From the NCBI GenBank assembly GCA_963837465.1, contig CAWINB010000004.1, positions 394,853 through 458,852 on the forward strand: a stretch of 64,000 bases of DNA, given 5' to 3'. A model generated the notes under the pieces. That model did no database searches. It was not told the DNA's origin and was given only the letters and a program-made list of their open reading frames with translations. A program made the position numbers and the translations under genes. This document shows, in pieces, positions 58,608 through 64,000 of this stretch (position 1 is the stretch's first letter; each line of letters starts with the position of its first letter). The stretch comes from Candidatus Doudnabacteria bacterium. GTDB lineage: Bacteria > Patescibacteriota > Doudnabacteria > UBA920.

Positions 58608-59828
58608 ATGAAAAAAACTATGGAAGTCAAACCAAAAATTGAAGCTTTTGCCAGGATTAAGGTTTTGGGCATTGGAGGGTCGGGGACTAACGCGGTTAAC
58701 CGTATGACCCAGCTGGGCATTAAGGGTGTGGAGTTTATTGCTATTAATACCGACGCGCAGGCTTTGCATAATAACCAGGCCGACCGGAAGGTCCATATTG
58801 GCAAAAGCGCCACCAAGGGCCTTGGCAGCGGTATGAATCCCGATTTGGGCAGGCAGGCGGCCGAAGAAAGCGTGGAAGAACTGGAAGAGGTTATAGACAA
58901 CGCGGATATGGTGTTTATTACCTGCGGTTTAGGAGGCGGCACGGGTAGCGGCGCGGCTCCTATTGTGGCTGAGCTGGCTAAAAACAAAGGCATCTTAACC
59001 GTGGGCGTAGTTACCAAGCCATTTACCTTTGAAGGCAGCAAGCGCAAGGAAGTGGCCGAAACCGCTTACGATAATTTAAAGGATAAAGTAGATGCCATTA
59101 TCTCCATCCACAACGACCGCATCCTCCAAATCATCGACAAAAAAACTTCACTCATCGAAGCTTTTAAAACTGTGGATGAAGTCCTGCGCCAGGGCATTGC
59201 GGGTATTTCCGACCTGATTACCACCCATGGTATTGTTAACGCGGATTTCGCGGACGTAAAAAGCATAATGCAGGACGCGGGCACGGCGCTTATGGGTATT
59301 GGCCGGGCCACGGGCGAAAATCGCGCGGCGGAAGCGGCTAAAGCGGCCATTAATTCTCCTTTGCTGGAAATGACCGTAGACGGAGCCAAAGGCGTGCTGT
59401 TTAATATTACCGGCGGCAGCAGTTTGGGAATGTTTGAAATAGACGAGGCAGCCAAGGTTATTACCAGGAGCATAGACCCGGATGCCAAGGTTAAGTTTGG
59501 CGCGGTTATAGACGAAAATATGGGCGACGAAGTGCGCATTACGGTTATTGCCACGGGTTTTGATGAAAGCAGCAAGCGTACCACCACGGCCCAAATGGTT
59601 TTAAACGAACAACCTAAAACTGTCAGGATGCCCGAACCTAAAATTGTTAACCCGGTTATACCGCCGGTAGAAATCCGCAAGCCGATGTTTAATCCCAAAC
59701 CGGCTCCGGTACCGGAAAATATAGATTTTACCCCGAACGCCGTAAACATCGGCAAGCCGGAACCAAGCGAACCGGTCAACGAAGACGATCTGGAAATCCC
59801 GGCGTTTATTAGAAAGAAGATGAAATAG
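58608..59828 (+). CDS. ftsZ: Cell division protein FtsZ
   Basis: GGGTGSG, NADFADV and C-terminal DLEIPAFIRK. Confidence 0.98.
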   Translation: MKKTMEVKPKIEAFARIKVLGIGGSGTNAVNRMTQLGIKGVEFIAINTDAQALHNNQADRKVHIGKSATKGLGSGMNPDLGRQAAEESVEELEEVIDNADMVFITCGLGGGTGSGAAPIVAELAKNKGILTVGVVTKPFTFEGSKRKEVAETAYDNLKDKVDAIISIHNDRILQIIDKKTSLIEAFKTVDEVLRQGIAGISDLITTHGIVNADFADVKSIMQDAGTALMGIGRATGENRAAEAAKAAINSPLLEMTVDGAKGVLFNITGGSSLGMFEIDEAAKVITRSIDPDAKVKFGAVIDENMGDEVRITVIATGFDESSKRTTTAQMVLNEQPKTVRMPEPKIVNPVIPPVEIRKPMFNPKPAPVPENIDFTPNAVNIGKPEPSEPVNEDDLEIPAFIRKKMK

Positions 59829-60317
59829 TTTACGAAGTACGAAAATTTACGAACTTACGAACATGACGCCTTCTATTTTGCGGCGACAGGATTTAATTCA
59901 TCCTGAGCTAAGCTATAAAATAGTAGGCGTCCTTTTAAATGTTTATGGTCAGTTAGGCTATGGCTTATATGAGCGCGCTTATCAGAAAGCTGTTGGCGTA
60001 GGTTTTAAAAAGGCAGGCTTATTGTTTGTGGAACAGCTCTACGCTCCGATTGTTTTTGAGGGTACTGTTGTGGCTAAAAATTATCTGGACTTTTTGGTGG
60101 AAGATAAGGTGGCCGTTGAATTAAAACGCGGAGACAAGTTTGTTAAAGCCCATATCGATCAATTGTATAATTATTTAGTGGCTAAAGATTTACGGCTGGG
60201 AATTTTGGTTTATTTTGCTCCTAACAGGTTGCACTACAAAAGAATTGTGAACCTGCCCCAAGATCCAAAGGTCAAATAAGTTTCGTAAGTTCGTACCCTT
60301 TTCGTACTTCGTAAACT
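59827..60317 (+). mobile_element. GxxExxY gene cassette flanked by inverted TACGAA repeats
   Basis: Perfect 19-bp outer IR (59827-59845/60299-60317) plus inner repeats. Confidence 0.7.
59863..60279 (+). CDS. GxxExxY protein (PD-(D/E)XK nuclease-like)
   Basis: LGYGLYERAY, DFLVEDKVAVELK, QLYNYL and LGILVYF. Confidence 0.92.
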   Translation: MTPSILRRQDLIHPELSYKIVGVLLNVYGQLGYGLYERAYQKAVGVGFKKAGLLFVEQLYAPIVFEGTVVAKNYLDFLVEDKVAVELKRGDKFVKAHIDQLYNYLVAKDLRLGILVYFAPNRLHYKRIVNLPQDPKVK

Positions 60318-60643
60318 CATAAAGCTGATCCACTTGCTTTTTCTCTCTCGCTGTGCTATAATAAGTAGGTAATGATATTTCACGGTCGGTTTCCCAAAAA
60401 CAGGGAAGGAATATCTTTAGGACTAATATCAAAGAAACAAAAACAATCCGGATAATTTTCTGGAGAAGTTATCGGGATAAAACCAAAACACAATTAAATA
60501 TTTCCAAAAGCTTTATAATTGGCTCTGTCAATTGGAGAGCGAATTTATATCGCGGATTTATCCAAAAGCATTTAATGTTTTTGGAGTATATCCTGTTTTT
60601 GTGAATAAGAACCTATTTTCTCAAACAGGTTCCAAATAGATAT

Positions 60644-61021
60644 ATGACCAAATTTTTAACCCAGGAAACTCCTGCCAAAGTAATGAGCCTGCTTAGCTTA
60701 TCTTTGGCTTCCATGTTCTTTTTATTCGCTGTTACCTTAAGTAACGCCAGTTTCAGCCAGGTGCAAAACCCGCTACCCGACCCTTTCGCGGCCACAAACA
60801 TTACGCGTGTGTTGGATGTGGCTTCAAACAGCTACAGTAATTTCCTTTACGCCAACTTAATAAATCCCACGCAAGCGGAATACGCTTTTGTGGCCGGCAA
60901 TGTGGCTTATGTGGGGCAAAATGCCGGTTATGAAATTGCCGAACTTAGCAGTCCTATTTATGCTTCGGCTTCCCAGGGTCAGGCGGCTGGCGCTGCCGCT
61001 GAATTGGTTGCCACAAAGTAG
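60644..61021 (+). CDS. Hypothetical membrane-anchored protein
   Basis: 125 aa with an N-terminal TM; followed by a terminator at ~61051-61084. Confidence 0.6.
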   Translation: MTKFLTQETPAKVMSLLSLSLASMFFLFAVTLSNASFSQVQNPLPDPFAATNITRVLDVASNSYSNFLYANLINPTQAEYAFVAGNVAYVGQNAGYEIAELSSPIYASASQGQAAGAAAELVATK

Positions 61022-61098
61022 GCCCGGCGACTATCAGTCAAATAAATATAAAAACAACCCCGGCTGTGCCCCCGGGGTTGTTTTATTATTATAGGACT

Positions 61099-61132
61099 TC
61101 CGTGCCCCATCAAGGCCAGAGGCAGCCGGAAA
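61099..61132. repeat. 34-nt hairpin repeat, copy 2
   Basis: See 7938-7971. Confidence 0.8.
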
Positions 61133-61329
61133 ATTCTTTTGCCTTCGTCTTGCCTAGTAATAATGTACATATTAGTTAAAACCGCGCGTGGCAAGACGTG
61201 AGTCAAAACAAATTTACCGACTACCCTGGCCTGCAGTCGGGCGGCGCGAGCCTTATATTCGGGTTTACTTTTGTGGATATCTGTCAAAAAAATTACAGGG
61301 TTTTTAAAAAACCCCAATAATTCGCGGTC

Positions 61330-61385
61330 TTGTAAAAATCTATATCTAGTATTATAATATTTAAGGATGCTACTACATATGGTAG
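61330..61385 (+). promoter_or_regulatory. nrdR-nrdJ promoter with tandem NrdR boxes
   Basis: TTGTAA-N17-TATAAT; boxes aatCtAtATcTaGtat (61337-61352) and ctaCtAcATaTgGtag (61370-61385). Confidence 0.75.
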
Positions 61386-61564
61386 CGACAGGAAAACAGC
61401 GAAATACAAATAAAAAGCAAAAAAGTCCCGGCCGAACCTTAAACGGGACTAAATAATAAGAATTACCAGCAATTCTTGCAAGCAAGGGTTGTTAAATGAC
61501 CTCAAAAACATTATAGAAATAAATTTTTACTCTTATTTAATTACAACCAAAAGATTTTAAAAGT

Positions 61565-62011
61565 ATGCGTTGCCCTAATTGCCAGTTTGAAGACACAAAA
61601 GTGCTGGATAGCCGGCCGGTGGACGAGGGTAGCGCCATAAGGCGCCGCAGGGAGTGTGAAAAATGCGAGTTCCGCTTTAGCACTTACGAAGAAATAGAAA
61701 TTTTGGACTTGGCGGTTGTGAAAAAAGACGGCAGCAAGCAGATATTTTCCAAAGAGAAGCTGGAAACCGGCATACGAAGACCTTTTGAAAAACTCCCGCA
61801 TACCGATGAAACACTCAGAAAGCTGGTTTCGGCCATAGAGATAGAAATCCAAAAAAAAGCAAAGGACGGGCAAATCAGCAGCCTGGAAATCGGCGAGATT
61901 GTGATGAAGAAAATAAAAAAAGTGAACAAAGTCGCCTACATCCGCTTTGCCGCCGTTTACAGGCAATTTGAGGATGTGGATGAGTTTAAGGAAGAACTAC
62001 GCAAACTATAA
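61565..62011 (+). CDS. nrdR: Transcriptional repressor NrdR
   Basis: MRCPNC, DSR, IRRRREC..C..RFSTYE, ATP cone and VAYIRFA.VY..F. Confidence 0.97.
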   Translation: MRCPNCQFEDTKVLDSRPVDEGSAIRRRRECEKCEFRFSTYEEIEILDLAVVKKDGSKQIFSKEKLETGIRRPFEKLPHTDETLRKLVSAIEIEIQKKAKDGQISSLEIGEIVMKKIKKVNKVAYIRFAAVYRQFEDVDEFKEELRKL

Positions 62012-62188
62012 GTTTGCAATTACAAATTTCCAATTTCAAATGATAAAATAAGTTTCGGTTAGGAAATTTGATGCTTGCGATTTTATTTGAAATTTGAAAT
62101 TTGGCATTTGAAATTTTTAAACTAATTAACTTGTTTATTCGTCCATCATAATATTGATGTCGTAAACATCACCAGAAAATAAAACAAT

Positions 62189-64000
62189 ATGCAACCCAAA
62201 GTCAATCTCCAGACCAGAACAACCAACGCGCTGTCCGAATTAGGCGAAAAAATATTTTTGGACCGTTACGCGGTTAAGGATATTAAACGCGAAACTTTGG
62301 CCGTGGGCGATACCGTGGTGGTTTTGGTGAATCCCAAAACCGGCCAGCGCGAGATTGGCGTTATTGAAAATATTGACTTTGCCAGCAAAGATGTCAGCGT
62401 GCGTATGCGCGACGGCCAGCTGGAACACCGGACCATTGAGCACGTGGACAAGCCGCTGGAACTGGTGCCGGAGCAGATGTTCGACCGCATTGCCAGGCAT
62501 ATTGCCAGCGTGGAAAAAACCGCTTCCAAGCAGGACGAGTGGCAGGAAAAATTCCGTAAATTAATGGATGACTGGAAGTACGTGCCCGCCGGCCGGATTT
62601 TTACCGGAGCGGGCACCGGACAGAATTTAACTTTTTATAACTGTTATGTTATTCCGCATCCCAAAGATTCCGCGGCGGTATTTTTGAAACCCTGAGCCAA
62701 ATGGCGGAAATTATGTCCAGAGGCGGCGGCGTTGGCATTAATGTCTCATCGCTCCGCCCCCGCTACGCTTACGTTAAAGGTGTAAACGGTCGCTCCTCCG
62801 GCGCGGTCTCCTGGGCATCGCTCTACAGTTTTGTTACAGGTTTAATCGAGCAGGGTGGATCCAGGCGCGGCGCTTTGATGTTAATTTTAAACTGCTGGCA
62901 TCCGGACGTTTTGGATTTTATCAATTCCAAAAAAGAAGCCGGAAAAATCACCAACGCCAACATCAGCGTCGGCATTACCGACGACTTTATGGACGCGGTG
63001 AAAAACGACAAGCCCTGGGACCTGATTTTTCCCGACACTTCGGACCCGCTTTACAAAGACAAATGGGACGGCAATATCAAGCGCTGGCAGGAAACCGGCG
63101 GTAAAATCATAAAGCACAAAACCGTGCGCGCCACCGATATTTGGGACAACATTATTACTTCGGCCTGGCAGTCGGCCGAACCCGGCATGTATTTTATTGA
63201 CCGCGCCAATTACTATTCCAATTCCTGGTACTTTGCCGATTTGCCCTGCACCAACCCCTGCGGCGAACAGCCTCTGCCGGCCTGGGGCGTGTGCAATTTG
63301 GGCCACGTTAATTTGGCCAGGCACATCAACAAAGAAACCGGAGAGGTTTTATGGAACGATTTAAAGCAAACCGTGCAGTACGCCGTGCGTTTTCAGGATA
63401 ATGTTATAGACGCCACGCCCTATTTTTTTGACGAGAACAAAAACCAGCAAATGAGTGAGCGCAGGGTCGGCATGGGCACTATAGGTTTGGCGGAAATGAT
63501 GATTTACAGCGGCGTAAAATACGGCAGTTCCGAGTCCGTGGATTTTATAGACAAACTTTACCAGTTTATAGCGGTTACGGCTTACGAAACTTCCATAGAG
63601 CTGGCGCGCGAAAAAGGCGCGTTCCCGAAATTTGACGCTGAAAAGTTTTTACAGTCGGGTTATATGAAGCAGATGCCCGCCTACATTCGCAACCTGACCG
63701 CCAAGTACGGCATCCGCAACGTCACCATTTTAACCCAGGCGCCAACGGGCACTGTGGGCACTATGGTTGGCACCAGCACCGGCATTGAGCCGTTTTTTTC
63801 CTGGACTTATTTCAGGAAGTCGCGTTTGGGCGTGCACGAGGAAAAAATCAAACTGGCGCAGGATTGGGAGGCCTTGCATCCGGGCCAGGATTTGCCAGAT
63901 TATTTTGCCACGGCCATGGAACTGATGCCGGAAGAACACGTGCGGGTGCAGGCCGCTGTCCAGCGCTGGACAGACTCGGCTATTTCCAAAACCTGCAACG
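62189..64000 (+). CDS. nrdJ: Class II (AdoCbl-dependent) ribonucleotide reductase; runs off the window, with a 1-nt frameshift near 62670
   Basis: PAGRIF and NCYV, then in the shifted frame GGGVG, RRGALM, NISV, TNPCGEQ, CNLG, APTGT, GIEP and SKT.N. Confidence 0.88.

Noticed and set aside
62670-62695. Intron, intein or programmed frameshift in nrdJ
   Set aside because: There is no inserted sequence or slippery heptamer; a single missing C explains the break.
1-64000. Alternative genetic code (TGA recoded)
   Set aside because: Conserved genes are full length in code 11 with no internal TGA, and TGA ends ORFs such as 3994 and 4710.

Overview
Bacterial chromosomal window in the standard genetic code. 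The gene content suggests Patescibacteria/CPR, possibly Doudnabacteria; this is an inference from a DUF5663-like protein, a C-terminal CPR-type pilin, a degenerate HisRS paralog and the surface-protein motifs. Housekeeping genes: radC, uppP, gyrA, topA, dprA, pth, der, an LCP protein, lepB, HIT, rpsU, yqeY, ftsA, ftsZ, nrdR, a class II ribonucleotide reductase and tRNA-Val(CAC). Mobile DNA: an rve-type IS inserted in a terminator loop, an IS630, an IS5-family element, a MITE, a recombinase island next to tRNA-Val, and an ~18.8 kb accessory region between ftsA and ftsZ. Main candidates for new biology: (1) hairpin elements built from inverted 7-9 nt periodic repeats that sit at gene junctions, either empty or carrying a GxxExxY or four-helix-bundle gene, including one matched full/empty pair; (2) an operon of a GAMT-like methyltransferase, a pyruvoyl decarboxylase and a GNAT-like protein lying between a response regulator and a multi-TM sensor kinase; (3) a ~140 nt three-way-junction RNA behind a consensus promoter, with a CCCUCCU loop; (4) a diverged duplicate of the ftsA 3' end bounding a dead toxin-antitoxin cassette. 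All calls come from reading the sequence by eye; no searches or folding programs were run.
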